DNA of 62,001 nucleotides, filler included, from Choristocarpus tenellus KU-1152 (taxonomy: Eukaryota; Protista; Phaeophyceae): NCBI GenBank assembly GCA_964200185.2. It is 11 parts of 11 records of this genome, joined end to end, with 100 filler letters (N's around TTAATTAATTAA, not from the genome) between each part and the next. Parts side by side here need not be neighbours in the genome. Positions count along the whole stretch, not along the records: positions 1 to 6,292 come from CAXNAD020008469.1; positions 6,393 to 12,341 come from CAXNAD020009339.1; positions 12,442 to 19,659 come from CAXNAD020006519.1; 8 more parts are not named here. One strand, given 5' to 3'. Below, piece after piece: positions 1 through 13,151 of this stretch. A model generated the notes under the pieces. That model searched no databases. It saw only the letters and a program-made list of their open reading frames with translations, and was not told where the DNA came from. Every line of letters begins with the position of its first letter. The stretch's first letter is position 1. A program made the translations under genes and the position numbers.

Positions 1-94
1 TAATGTAAGTGTACTTTTCCTGGTCAGGGCCTGAATGGACACCCTGGTGTAGATCCTCCCTCCCGCCCCCCGCCCCCCCCAGATACTTTGAGTC
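1..94. mobile_element. Right half of a subfamily B MITE (further B ends at 12442-12457, 38731-38766, 42663-42698, 58574-58597, 61960-62001)
   Basis: TAATGTAAGTG..TTTTCCTGG...ATGGACACCCTGGTGTAGA-(C)n-AGATACTTTGAGTC matches the B consensus. Confidence 0.8.
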
Positions 95-998
95 TGTATT
101 TTCTCTTGTATATTTTTTCTAAATGTTTTTATAGAAATTGATTTGAAGGGATGTTGGAGGCGTTTTTTGGGCAGGTTTAGGGTTGGGGTGTAGTGTGTGT
201 GCGTTTGTGTTACACAGAGGTCCTGCATTTCCCTACCTCAGGATGAATTGGGCATTAGGTTCATGCCCTCTCAGTGTGTTTGTATGCTTAGAAGCGTGTG
301 AGTTAAAAGGCGGTTGGTTGGTGTAGGATGTCAGCAGTGAATGACTTTCGGGTAAGGCATCTGTTTCCTTGTGAAGGAATAGTGTACCTTGGTCTCTAGA
401 ATGGTGGAAGTTGAGTGTTGGGTTGACCAATCAAATAGAGAAGAATGGGCACACTAGTTTTTGCCTTACTTGAGTTATAAGTTCATTAAGGATAGCTGTA
501 GCAAGAGGAGCAATGGGTGAAGAATAATCCCAGGTTTTAGAAGATTCGAGTACGCTTCAGCTGGGTTACGCTGTATTAAGGTTACGCTGTTGAAAAGATC
601 TTGTGCATCCTAGAGAGCTGAAAATATACAAAAGGGACTAGAAGTATTGAAGGGTTGTACTGTACCACCATTCTCGTTGGGTTTTTTTTTTAATGATATT
701 ATCTTTTTTAAGCTTTTCCCTTCGAACAAGTTGAGGCTGATGTTTCCAGGCATTTTGTGAGGGACTCTTCGTGGCGTCCCACTGATGTGGTTGCTCATGC
801 AGCCTTGAGGTGGATGTTTTGAGGTCGTGAGTAAATAGATGTATGATGTGGTTGCTCTTTTTTAATATTTTTCAGAACAAGTTTTGACTTCAAGGTTTAC
901 GTCCCCCCATTGACGCCTACCTGGTTTTGTTCACACACACACACACACACACAAACACACACTGTACATACTCTGATGCCATGTGCCTGATCCAACAG

Positions 999-2814
999 GT
1001 ATCAAGCGAAAAGCTTCGGAGGGCATGGGGGACCTGAACGGGGTAGAGATATCCCTGGACACCCCAGAGGAGGCTGATCTCTCACGCATGATAATGAAAC
1101 TTCCGGATGTCTTGAGCGACTTGGAGGAGGGCCTGTTCCCCAACAGGTAGGGGGGGAAGTTTGATCTGCAGGTGCAATCCGAACACAACTAAATCCCTAA
1201 CCCCATTTTTTTTCTATTTTTTTTCTTTTTGTGGAAAATTTTTGTTGTTGTATTGCTTCCTTGCGAACTTGAGGCATTTTGTGTGTAGAGTTATAGGGTT
1301 ACATCCTGTGTGGTTTTGGAGGAACCTGGCTTGGCGTTTGGTCTATTGATCTGCGAGTGTACGGTTCTGTTTTGGTGGGAAGATCTACTATTGATGTTAG
1401 TACTCTGTTCTGCTAGTGAGAGACAAGGCTATGAAGAGTGTAAGTGAGTCAACTGTGAACGCCTTAGTGGTGTGGTACAGGATTGCATTGAAAATGGTAT
1501 TGATATTGTTTCTTGCAAGGTGGGTGTCACCAAGAAAAATCCGGATGGGCCCCAAAGGCATGTTTCCAGAAATGTAAGGACATGTACGCGTATGCCCTGA
1601 CTCCTCAGAGCACAGTAGACCTTTTTTTTATTTATTTTTCTTGAGAGAGGGAGGGAAGGCGTGAAGTAGGTATTTATATGGTGTTGAATACCACCACCTT
1701 GAAGGCATTTTGAAGGGGTTGTAGTGTCCATTGTGAACTACAATCAGGCATTGACTGCTTGGTCAAAAAATATATCACCAGAAGCTGAACATTTGCTCAG
1801 ATACACATATGCAGTTGAAACTCAGTTTGGTCTCTCTTTGTGATAACTGCTTGTGATAACGTTCTCCACCGAGCATTGATACCTATATGGGCACACCCTC
1901 CCCTTGCCCTCCATGCCCCTCTACCTGAGTACTTAAGATACATTACACTCCTTGTGTACGTACCACTGCTCCTAAACACAACATGTGAGGGTGTGTGATT
2001 AGGACTTGGAGAGTAGTGTGATAAGAGGGTGACAACATGCACATCTATGGGGTCTGGGGATCCTAGTCGAGGCTGAGGAGCAGTTGCTCCAGTACAAACG
2101 TAGCATGCTCAGATGATGAAAAAAACAAACACATTTCTAGGACTTCATGGTGAGGGTTGCAAATAGTTCTGCAATATGCAGCATGGTGCTGGTTTTCTCT
2201 TTCCTCTAAACTGATATGTTGGAGATTAGTGGCAACTTGATATGAGAGTGGTTTGGCGAATCAGTATGACGGTATGATGTGTATCACTCATGGTAGAGCT
2301 AATCCAAGATCATTTTGACATTATCTTGTGTAGTCATACCATACAACAACAATGCTATCATTGTGTTGACATTTATGTCAGACCTCCCTGTGTTTACTGG
2401 TTGTTCTTTCACTCAACCCAAACTGCCTCTAGGAATGTACATACAACCTCTCCCCACACACCCCATTTCCTCTGGTCAGATGATAACCCTTCAATCGTGT
2501 TCTGTTACAACTAGAACATGCTTGATGGTGCTAATGTATGACTCGTAATGCTAATGCAAATGCTTGGCACGCGATTACAAGACTACAGAGCTGTAACTGA
2601 AAATACTTCTTTTCTTTTTTGTGTAACTGACAGGCTGTGCGACTACCTGTTTGACATCAGCACCCGCTTCAACCGCTTCTATGAGTTGTGCCCAGTCAAC
2701 AAGGCTGAAACGCCAGAGCTTCGGCGCTCTCGTGCAGCTCTTTGTTCTGTAACTGCTGGAGTGATTAAGCTTGGTCTTGACCTCCTGGGCATAGAAACCC
2801 TGGAAAGGTTGTGA
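999..2814 (+). CDS. RARS: Arginyl-tRNA synthetase, C-terminal DALR anticodon-binding domain (last two exons, 999-1146 and 2634-2814; 5' part outside the window)
   Basis: The GT-AG intron 1147-2633 joins ...IKRKASEG...[37 protein letters not shown]...[28 protein letters not shown]. This is the typical ArgRS C-terminus (LCDYLY...F..FY..C.V...GL.LLGI...ERM). Confidence 0.93.
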
Positions 2815-5006
2815 ACTACTGTAACTGGTCTTGCACTGTAGGATGGACAGGGAGAGGGGAATGCTGGTCAGGGCCGTATTGGGGTGCCCCAAAGTGCTAC
2901 AGCTGTTGGTGATGGAATTCCCATGTGCGACGTGTTTGGATGGTTTCAAGCATGTATATCAGCTGTGAACAACAATCTTGCAGTTAACCAGTGTTTTGAA
3001 GCATGGTTAGTTTTCAAAGGAAACCATCTCTTTGTTGGTCCCTCCCTTGTCCATGTTGCAACCCCCTTGATGTGCAGCGTGGGGGCTCTCTCCCCTCACC
3101 CCTGAGTGGTTAGATTAATAGCGTACATATTTATATCTTCCAACCTACTTCTTTTTTTTTTTAGTGGGTTACTTATGTTCTACTTCGAAGACCGTGTGGA
3201 GTCTTGGAATATCCTTCTCATGGCACATTTTTAGAAGTTTGCTGGCTGGATGTATCTTCTAGTTCCTTCTGCAGTGTTACTGCTTCTACTATAGTAGTGT
3301 TATCACCGTTGTGGAGTGAGCATTGCACAGGTAGGGCAGAGAGGTGTTTATGGGAAGTCTTGCAGACACATTCGTCCCTTTGTTCTGGTGACAGAAGCAT
3401 AGCACAAGCAGTTTTCTCCCCAATCATCATGTCAATCGGTCAAGATAGTGTAATGCAGTAAGATAATTCCAAGCAAGGAGTAGAGCTCTAGATAAGTAGA
3501 CGTTTCTTGTTTTAGACTGTCCATCATGGCTACGTCTAAGAGGGAAATTCGGACTGGACTTGGTGGTCCATGTGACCCTCTCATTCTATGATGTCATGCA
3601 CTCAACACATTGCTTCCTCTAAGATAACAAGCAGATTCTCAGAAGGGACGGCCAATCCATCTTATTATTTGTTACAACGGTTTGACCCATTAGGTAGGTA
3701 CACTATTGATATTAGTGTAATATTCGTAGTAACGATGTACCTAAGGAAAGTAGAGGCAGGTAAGTTTTGTTTCTTTTTTCTTGAACCCAATCAAAAACCT
3801 TACCTTGATATTAGTTGACCAATAATAATAGAAACATCAAACGTACTGACAGAAGTCTCTCACTTTTTTCATTTGCTTTTAGCAGGTAGGTGAGTTACCC
3901 AGTTCTACTTCACACTTTTTTCTTCCACCATAAGAGTACAATATATACTAGCAATAATGTGGGAGTACTTACTATAGTACTGTGTACTATTCGTATTAAT
4001 ATTTAGATCTTGTGTTGCCACACTATTGTGCGCATGAAGCGATGGAAATAGTATATTGCCCAGCGTAAGAAAGATGACACAGAATGTAAAAGTGTCCAAA
4101 CCTGCCTACCTCTTCATTGTTTTGGCTGACTACCCTGTATGGAAGGCCTCTTAGTTTTGATCCACACTAACTACAGTTGTGCTTGACGAATTGCTGGCAT
4201 TGACATGTCCAACAGGACCTACTCTTCACGAGGAACCTGATCGTGACTACCATCGTACCAGCTTGATTCGTCCTGTTAGAGGATATCATCCTTCGACTGA
4301 TTGTACACTTCGCCACAGTTGGTAGCATTTTAACATCCAAATATACACACCGTCACTATGTCATCATCGTTCTGAATGATGTTAATCGTTCAACGACCTT
4401 AAACCATTCTTCCATTCATTCAAAAACAAGTCCATTACGTAGGTGCATCCAAACAATAGGCATCCACAGCAGTCGATATGTTGTACATCTCATTATTGCC
4501 GACCACGGAATCATATCCCACCTCACCTCGTCACTCCACACTCCATTCACTACATTGCTTCCTATTTGTATATTATCAGAGGGATTGAAGCGTGTTGTAA
4601 GTACATTGATTGGAGGAGTTTTTGCAATGGATTTTTTTTACCTAGAAGAGTATTAATAGTAGAAACACAGTGGTCACTTGCATTATTTCGACCTGTCTGT
4701 CCATTTCTAGTTTTGTTCATGATCCTTACGACCTTGTTTTTTTGTTGGATGAGTATGGATGACGGTTACACCGACTTACATGCAACCTTCACAGCAGTCA
4801 AGGAATCTAACCAAATAAAATACGAAGTAGAGATCATCTCTGCTCGAAGAGGGACAGAGCACGATCGAAAAAGGCGAAGTGGATCGATCATATACCATCT
4901 CTACAGATACTTCTACTACTGTGACCGTCTCACATCACCTCACACATCCCATTCTGATATGGTCCTCTCTTGCCCTACTTGACGAAATCCACAAGAGGTC
5001 GCCAGC

Positions 5007-5613
5007 ATGAACATCGAGGTGAACGAGGCATATCTGTGTTTTGCATTCCTCTTTTGATTGTAGAGCTAGGTTCCACAATTAGAGTGTCATTACTTCAACG
5101 ATGTACCAGGAACACAGCTCCTTGCTAAATGGCGCTCTCCGGATAGGTCTCATGTCTAAACCACCTGGGTTATATTCTTGCGTTCAGAGGTTTCGATTTC
5201 TCTCACCGTTCTACTTGAAATAGTAGCAATTTCGCAAATTGCGAGAGACCTTCTAGATTTCCAATTTGAACCATCTCCGTTTACAATCGAAGTACATCCC
5301 CATTTTTTTTGTAGTTTGTAGTGGAGGAATGACTTCAGTCTACAGAGTGAGATTGGTCTATCGATGTTGTCATAGTCCAATCCCAACCGGCCTCATCACC
5401 AAACACTAATTGCGGCATATATTGCTCGATTCCTCCTTCCACCCTTAACCCTTCTTACACCCAGTTCACATCCGGCCAATGCGTGGCAGGTGTACAAAGA
5501 ACCACTCTGCAGGCGTTACTATGCGACGCCATTTTCTTCCGCCGCAATCTACGTGATAGGGACGGTGGCTACGCTTCTTCTTGTCCCTTTCTTTTTGGCC
5601 TACAACCCACACA
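5007..5613 (+). CDS. TMEM231: TMEM231-like ciliary transition-zone membrane protein, 5' part (probable 12-nt first coding exon 5007-5018, then exon 5490-5613)
   Basis: The spliced product MNIE|VYKEPLCRRYYATPFSSAAIYVIGTVATLLLVPFFLAYNPH resembles the TMEM231 N-terminus (..V(F/Y)..P..R.Y.A...S.A.......L...P.L.A...H). Junctions are GAG|gtgaac, cag|GTG and A|gtgagc. The first exon is inferred. Confidence 0.75.
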
Positions 5614-6250
5614 GTGAGCACACCTATTCTCCAAAACCTTTTTCTACGATCATACTAAGAGTGATCATTTGATTTGTTGCGTCACATACACTATGCCACC
5701 AAATAGATATTACGCTGGTAGTGCAGATCCAAAATGTTCCATGGAAATATCTAAAATACCGAATTGCTCTTTCTGCAAGAGAATCCCATCCCAATGGTCT
5801 TTTCCATGCGTGATCGTTTCTAATTTATATTTGCCTTCTGAAGGTGCCCTTGATGCCTGGGTTTTCCCTTGACTGTTCAGTTGATACCAATTATATACTT
5901 CCAAGTAAATGCTTTTGTAAGCCCATAGAGTAGATATATGGTTATGATGCAAGGACTTAAGTGTGTGCGAGCGGCAATGTTGATGGCATCATTGCAATGT
6001 TTACACCTTCATAAAGCAGTCGAAATTAGTTAGAGAGGTGCACCAATTTTCTACAATCCTGTCCCTGGTCGCACTTTGCTCTTCAAGTGTATCATGGGTG
6101 TATTCGCCCATTGCCACTGTAGTTTTGCATGCTCCTCTGGGATACATTTTTTCAAGAGTATTTACAAGATCCGGATAATTGCTCTGACCTCCAATATACT
6201 CTTCAGCACAAGCAATCCCATTTTTCACTCTGCATGTAGGTTCAAGTCAT

Positions 6251-6292
6251 GAGCCAAAGTATCTTACAGGATAGGGCTGCGTCCATTTGGGG
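6251..6292 (-). mobile_element. Subfamily A MITE end, truncated by the contig end
   Basis: GAGCCAAAGTATCTTACAGGATAGGGCTGCGTCCATTTGGGG closely matches the reverse complement of the A right end. Confidence 0.8.
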
Positions 6293-6392
6293 NNNNNNNN
6301 NNNNNNNNNNNNNNNNNNNNNNNNNNNNNNNNNNNNTTAATTAATTAANNNNNNNNNNNNNNNNNNNNNNNNNNNNNNNNNNNNNNNNNNNN
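6293..6392. other. Artificial contig linker (also at 12342-12441, 19660-19759, 26360-26459, 29831-29930, 34689-34788, 38631-38730, 42563-42662, 46917-47016, 58474-58573)
   Basis: An identical N44-TTAATTAATTAA-N44 cassette with stops in all six frames. Genes are cut off at these points. Confidence 0.98.
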
Positions 6393-7382
6393 CCCCCCCG
6401 CCTCTTTGCGGGTGGGGGGGGGGGGGGGGGATCCGTTTTGTTTGGGGGGGGGGGGGGGGGGGGGGGGGTTGAGGTTCAGGTCTTTGTTCGTCCTTGCTTT
6501 TGGGAGGTTTGGAAGCAGTGTGTCTTGGTGTTGAAGTAGACCAATAAGAAAGGTCGTGGCAGCTCATTCGGTAATTTTGATTGGTTGTTGGTGTGATCAA
6601 CTTGTTTTGGCGTTTTGACAGGGTGGGTGGAATGGTTGGAGATGGAAAAAAAATAAATGACAGGTAAAACATTGTATTAGAAGTTTTTGTTTTTTTGTCT
6701 GCTGTCATCCAGTCTTGTCAAACAAACAAAAAGAGGTAACCCCCTAACCCTAATATCTACAGAGAGAGATGTATCACACTCTGATATCAATGGCTATTTT
6801 TGTTAGATATATAGTTACTCTATTAGCATATATGCATGCTATATGTACTGTGAAGAGTCCGTTGTAGGTATACTGGGTTCAAGGTCCAAGATTTACCTCA
6901 AGAGTCCCCGGAGGACCGTTCAAGTCTTCAATGTAGCGCCTTCCCAGGTCAAATGGTAGCGATACTGTTTGATTGTGTGAGAAAGCCTCTGGTACCAAGT
7001 CCATTACCCTCCAAGAACACGATTGTGTTGCTTGCTGTGGTAGTGTGTTACTTACATCTGGGATTGTTGTGTTTGTTGAGGATGGATGTGACACATGTGT
7101 ACAGTTTAAGCCTGGTCTTTTGGTGGAAGGCGTGGTAACATGGGGGGGGGAGGGGGGGGGATTTTGGCAATCGCAAGGAGGAGAATGAACAGGTCTTGGA
7201 AGGAAGGTAAGCAACCGTTGGAATTTAAATGGCTCTAGCCCCGAATTTGACGAGCTCTTGTCACCAATTGGACCATGTTTTGAATGTTGACATAGTTCAA
7301 TATTTCATCACTCTGATCTCATCTGCACCCTGATGCAAAATCTTTTTTTACATCTTCTTTTTCTATGTCTTTGTATGTGTAG

Positions 7383-9320
7383 GTGATATTGAGGGGTGCC
7401 ATGGATCTGCACGGTTTGCACATCCAAGAGGCGGTGTCTATCCTGGAGGAACAGCTGCCGGTCCTGCCTGAACACGGCCTGTCTTGCGTGAGCATTATCA
7501 CTGGCAGTGGTCACCATAGCAAGGGTGGAGGCGCCAAGAAGGTCCGTCCAATGAGATGGTGCAAATGGTGGAGTAGTCCTCTCTTGAAAAAAGGGTTAGG
7601 GAAAAGCTCAATCCTATTCGATTCTAACCTCTTGGAGTGAAAAAATTATTATTATTATTCTGTCGGCAGTCTTCAACGGAACTAACAAACTGTCTTGGAA
7701 TTGAATGCGTATGAGTCGGGACGAGGTTCTTGAAGGACTTGGTACTTGCTGGTCAGTACAGGACCGGTGAGGTCCCTTCCTCCCTGAAGGACTTGGTACT
7801 TGGTACTTGCTGAGTGAATCGATGATGTTTCACCATTGCCATGCTTCTTTTCTTTTCTTGAAGCTTGTTGGGACTGGTGGTGAACATGCGTACTGACAGG
7901 CAGCGGTGCGTGGTTCTTGTCTAGTCCACCTACCACACCAAGGTAGTGCTGATGGCCCCTTACGAGGGCTAGACAGGCGAATGATTTCACCAGGTGGTCA
8001 TACGTAGTTTGGGGAAGCAAAGCACTAAGGTGGCCCATCGGGTTTGTTAGGGAGTGTCAATACCCTTGCTCCGGAGACATCTTTCGCGGTCGTGTACATT
8101 TTAGGGCTAGGGTTAGGGTTAGGGTTAGCGTTCGCACAGAAAACTGAACACAAAAGGGCAAAAAAAGACAAACCCGTGGTAAGCCAAGCTCCAAACGGAC
8201 TAACAGGGCAAAAATCCCACCCTCTTAACGTGCTTTTGGGGCACCCACTGAATAGAAACCCTATCAGTGTACCAAGGGTGTCTTTCGCTTAATCTGCCAA
8301 AGTCGCGGTGTTGTTCTGTGCTATCCTCCCTAGCTATACGATGCATGCACTGCCTTCCTGGGGAAGCTTGACTACATGACTACATTCGTGTCGTCCCTTT
8401 TTGTGTCTCCTGATCCTCCAATGTATTCATTGCCTGTAGGTCTAGTGTCTATTTATTTTTTTTCTTGTAACTGTTTAGGCGACAGCTTCGTACAGTTGGG
8501 AGCACATTTCAATTGCTCATCTCCCACAGCAGTAGCTGCGTTTTTCCTTGCTGTGATCTATCTGCTCGAAGTGGAGTTTGCCCGTGTGTGTGTGTGTGTG
8601 GATTTTCGCGGTGGGAGGATTTCCGTTGTGCTTTGCCGGACACTTGTGACCTGCATTTTTTTTTTATGCCTGCCCTGTTCTTCTGAGCGTACAGGTGTTT
8701 TTGTTCAGGGTAGTACATTTATGACCTTTTCATGGAAATATTTACTTTTTTTTGTATGTCCTTCGGAGTGAAAACGAGTGCAATGCGTTTAAATCTGTCT
8801 GGTAGGATTAGGGTGTTCTTTGTCGGAGTATACACCGATAATGCTCTTGCAATTAGTGCACCTGTAACTGAAATCATCGCCTCGTTGGTGAGCTTGTTCC
8901 TCCTGACGACCGTGCTGTGAATGCCCGGCATGACATTAGCTACAAGTTGACGCAAAGCACCCTTCTCTTCCCAGCCCTAGAGCGAGTACCCTGGTTTGCT
9001 ATGAATGCCAACTTCTTTTGCCATCTTCTCGTTGAGGACAGGCTCGACTCCTTCCTGCGGTGGAGAGGCTCCTGACTGACTGGGGCCTCACCTTCCAAAG
9101 AGTTTGTGATCGGAGGACAGGACATATTGGAATGCTTAATGTGAACCTGCAGGGTCTTCTCAACAAGGGGGGAGTCGACGGTGGTCGTAGTTACAACGAT
9201 GGTAAGGGTCACACAGGAGCATATGGAGGGTTTGTTGGTGGGGTAGAGGCATGGTACTCCAATGGAAGGGGTCCAGATGTACAAGGGGGGGCTGTGCAGG
9301 AGGCTGTGGTGATCCGATGA
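7383..9320 (+). CDS. Smr-domain (MutS2/N4BP2/Cue2-like nuclease) protein, 3' end (exons 7383-7541 and 9042-9320)
   Basis: MDLHGLHIQEAVSILEE...VSIITGSGHHSKGG..|ARLLPAVERLL carries the canonical Smr motifs DLHG and ITG.G.HS. A phase-0 GT-AG intron joins the exons and a Gly-rich tail precedes the stop. Confidence 0.88.
8101..8128. repeat. Interstitial telomere-like (TTAGGG)n tract
   Basis: TTAGGGCTAGGGTTAGGGTTAGGGTTAG. Shorter tracts occur near 6740, 9695, 19837, 26795 and 29021. Confidence 0.8.
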
Positions 9321-12300
9321 CAACTCTGTACTACTTATTTATTGTATGTCGTTTCATCTGCATGGCGGGCAAACGCACGAGCCTGATCTATTGTGATTAC
9401 TTGCTTCTGTGTTCTGTTGGGGGGCGCTTGTGAGTACATTGTGTCTTGCAGAGGAGGAGAAGGCGTTATGTTGCCAAGCTCCGCTTTTGCGTGTATGTAC
9501 ATAATCTCTCTCCTTTCCAAGTCTTGTTTTTGTCAGTGTGTCAATTGGTGGAGTAATGCTGGAGGGAGTGTAACACGATTGCTATTTTTTTTGTTATCCT
9601 TCTGTGACTTGTAGATAGGGGTATTGTTGGTACGGCTTCAAGAGTCTTTGACAGTTGAGCCATCGAGTAGGGATTGTGTGTACATGAAGTGTAACTAACC
9701 CTAACCCTATTTAATACTTTTTGGTTGTTGATTTGGGCACCTCTTCTGGTCTATCACATCATGAACAAAGCAATGTCAACTAGGTTCTGTCCCCCTGGAC
9801 CTTGGATGCGGTGGACCCAAATCCCTGGGGGTCGCTTTCCTTTGGAGATGATGCTTTCCTGAGGCTGCTTCTCCTCTCTATGGCTGTCGTGATTGAGCGG
9901 TCTTTTGCACATCTTGTGCTCACACGTATCACTACTTCACTTTTTGCCAGAATACAAGACAAAATATTGCCTGGACAGTGGATGTCGCAGAGCAAGTGGC
10001 CCCAAGTGTTTTCCTGGACCTTAGCAACCCTATCAGGGTTGTGATCTGAAGGATTGAATAAATGGCGAAAAATAAATAGTATCAAGTGGGTTCAGTAAAT
10101 TTCTATGTAGGAACTACTCTGTTGAATAATGTACTCACACGCGAAATGAGAGGTGCAGTGCACACACGGATTATTAAATAGTTTACCGCTGCATAATCGT
10201 TAAAGAATGGAAAGAATCCCAAGTCTTGATATTGAAATATGTAGATTAGTTCCTTCTCAGTTGTGTTGAAGGTGGTAGAAAGTTGGAGTGAGAAACACCA
10301 TACAAGCGGGGGGGGTGACAGACTTCCACTCATCCCTGATCACTAATAACTCATCACTCAATCTGTGTTACTTGCTACAACATTTTTTTTCCAGGAGTAT
10401 GAATCGAAATGTTTCGACTAAGAAGTCTCTCCTTCTTAAGGCCTTTGATTTAATTGAGTCACAAGTATTAAATTACGATTCATAACCGACTCTTCAAGCA
10501 GTTTTTAAGTAGGAAAGCCGTTTTCATGGACAGGCCATACATCGGCAGGTCGAGGAAGTTCCAGATTTCTGCTGACTAACAAACTATTCTTGTCTGTGAG
10601 GACGGAGGGGCCTTTACAGATTATTGGGATTCTTCCTTTCTTTCTCCTTATTGTTCACCTTTTTAGCCCTGTACAAAGTGGAGGCATGATAATCAGGGTT
10701 TTCACCAGGCAGGCAATTTAAATGGTCCCATTCACCAGTCCGACCGATCCTACATTTTTTTTACGTGTCCTGGTCCATGTCCACCAGCGAGACCAGGTCA
10801 AACATTCTCTAACATGTCCAGGTCATGTCCATTGACTATTGTACTAGTCCGTGTCTGTCGACCCAACCAGTTATACCATTCTCAAACATCTCTGTTTCCA
10901 CTAGGTAGCCGGACAAGATAAATCCTCCATGTCCAGACCATGGTCGCTGACCAGTCTAGTTCCTTTCTTGTATGTCTACACCATGTCCACTACGTGTTAC
11001 ACTAGTATACGATGGGAAATATGTGCAGGTCAAAGATGTAGTTAAAGGTCCAGTATTGTAGACATAAATATTGTACCCATTCAAATCGAAATCATGAAGA
11101 ATATATCCATAGATAAGTATGGGTGGTGAGATATATAGGTGTGGAATTTTTGTTAATTCACATATTTATAATCTATATTTTTGTATTTATATCAAAGGCT
11201 CCGATATCGGATTGTGAACAACCCCAAAACAACTCTAGCGCTTCAATTAGAGCTGTTCATAACATGACCCAACAAATGAGAGTCATTCAATATGACCTGA
11301 AAGAAACAAGAATCACTGATTCTCAATGAGACTGTCACTCAAGAGAATAAGACTGAGACAACAAGCCCATCCCGGATCTGCAACTAAACATCCATGGTGA
11401 ATGAGAGGAGGATTGTCGGTAATATTCTCCATAAGAGAATTGCTACTGGATATGTCGTCGGAGACTCGGAAACGTGGAAAGACCCGCGGTGAAACTCTAT
11501 ATGGGAAATGTGTCATCAAAATGTCTTTTTGTTGGCAAAAAAAAATGAACGACCATGATAACACTCCCAACCTGAGATGTGTCACCAGAAGTGCCCCTCA
11601 AACCTCCTCTCACATTCATCATTAGTAGTAGTAGTAGCAGCAGTATAGACCTTGGCCATGACGTGGCTGACCTGAATACAAAATAATTTTACCTTATCGG
11701 CCATAGATGAACGTTCTAACATGCCCGAGTTCATGGTCGTAACAACTCAACGTGACCAGCCAGGCACACTAGGCAGCCCAGCCATGTAGAACCAAATCCG
11801 TACTTCAAGATGACTGGACCACAGGATAGTCCACTGCCGTATGACCGAAAACCGACACGCTAGCTTCGAAAAGTCCTCTGCCACTCTCTTAGCAACTCAT
11901 AGAATATGTTTTCACTCTGCTGGTCGAGTAGGCATCAAATTGATTGTAACACCCCTCGAAGTGATTTTTCGACGCCCCTTTACACTGAGCGTGCTATAGC
12001 CAAGCATATACGGAGAGGTTGAAATGAGACCTAACCAATCTGGTTGTAACCAGATCCCCATATATATTTTTATTATTATGACCTCTGACCTTTTACAGAT
12101 GTGTAAGGAGAAAAATCAACAAAAACTATTCACATGTCAGAATAAATCCTAAAGAAAGTTAAACAGTTGTCATAAATGTGCAAAACATTGATCTACTCGC
12201 TATTTTTCTAATGCCAGTTATGCTGCACCGTTCCCTTCCTGTGCCTCAAACCTAGCTTAGTCCTATACTCCAGGGTGAGGGGCTAGGGAGGCATCCCACG

Positions 12301-13151
12301 AATCTAACAAGCCCCTCCTTGCCCATCTACCTGGTGTCACCNNNNNNNNNNNNNNNNNNNNNNNNNNNNNNNNNNNNNNNNNNNNTTAATTAATTAANNN
12401 NNNNNNNNNNNNNNNNNNNNNNNNNNNNNNNNNNNNNNNNNCCAGATACTTTGGGTCTCAACCAAGCTCGAAACCATCCACAGGCAAAAGACAACTTGGT
12501 GGTCCACTAATTACCATTTCTCATCTGTTGGTGTACCTTCTGCGTGATTAACCCTGATTAACTCATCTGTGCAAATGGCCATCCATCCAAGTGCTGTCCA
12601 CTATCCAAACAGTCTCCCCATATCTATCTCAGAACTATCATGGCTATCCTTATTCGATGGAGCAGCGGTCGATGAATTAGGCAGTAAGGTGATGGCTACT
12701 TCCTATCCAAAAATTGAAATGAAATCAGTCTGTTGCTCAGGCATATACAAAACATCCCCAGAAAAGTGGAGTTGAAGCTGTTCATCTCCGAGGGCCACCT
12801 ACAACTGCCTCACCTTCCAATCAACCACTTCAAATATCCAGCGACACAGACCTAAAACTGTTGAAAGGGGAGCTAATATGCTTCATCTGTTGGATTGTTC
12901 ACAATTACCGTGACCAGAACCATATGTTCTATTTCTTGCCCTCACTGCTGAGCACAATAATTCCCCATGAGCTGTTGTGCACCAAGATCTACTTTAAAGG
13001 GGAAACATACACCACGTCCTGTTGTGCACCAAGCTACCAATAAGATGGGGAAGAGGGAAAAGTCCTGTGTGGTAACATGCGAGTGAGCTCAAAAGATTTT
13101 TAAAAAATGGACACTTGCTACCATTTGCAAAGGAGAGAGATCTGAACCTAC

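Noticed and set aside
4443-4982. 179-aa ORF upstream of TMEM231
   Set aside because: It has a GTG start, no recognisable motif and promoter-like composition.
6337-6348. TTAATTAATTAA motif recurring ten times
   Set aside because: It is a synthetic six-frame-stop linker inside N runs. Adjacency across it carries no biological meaning, so no gene cluster can be inferred between contigs.
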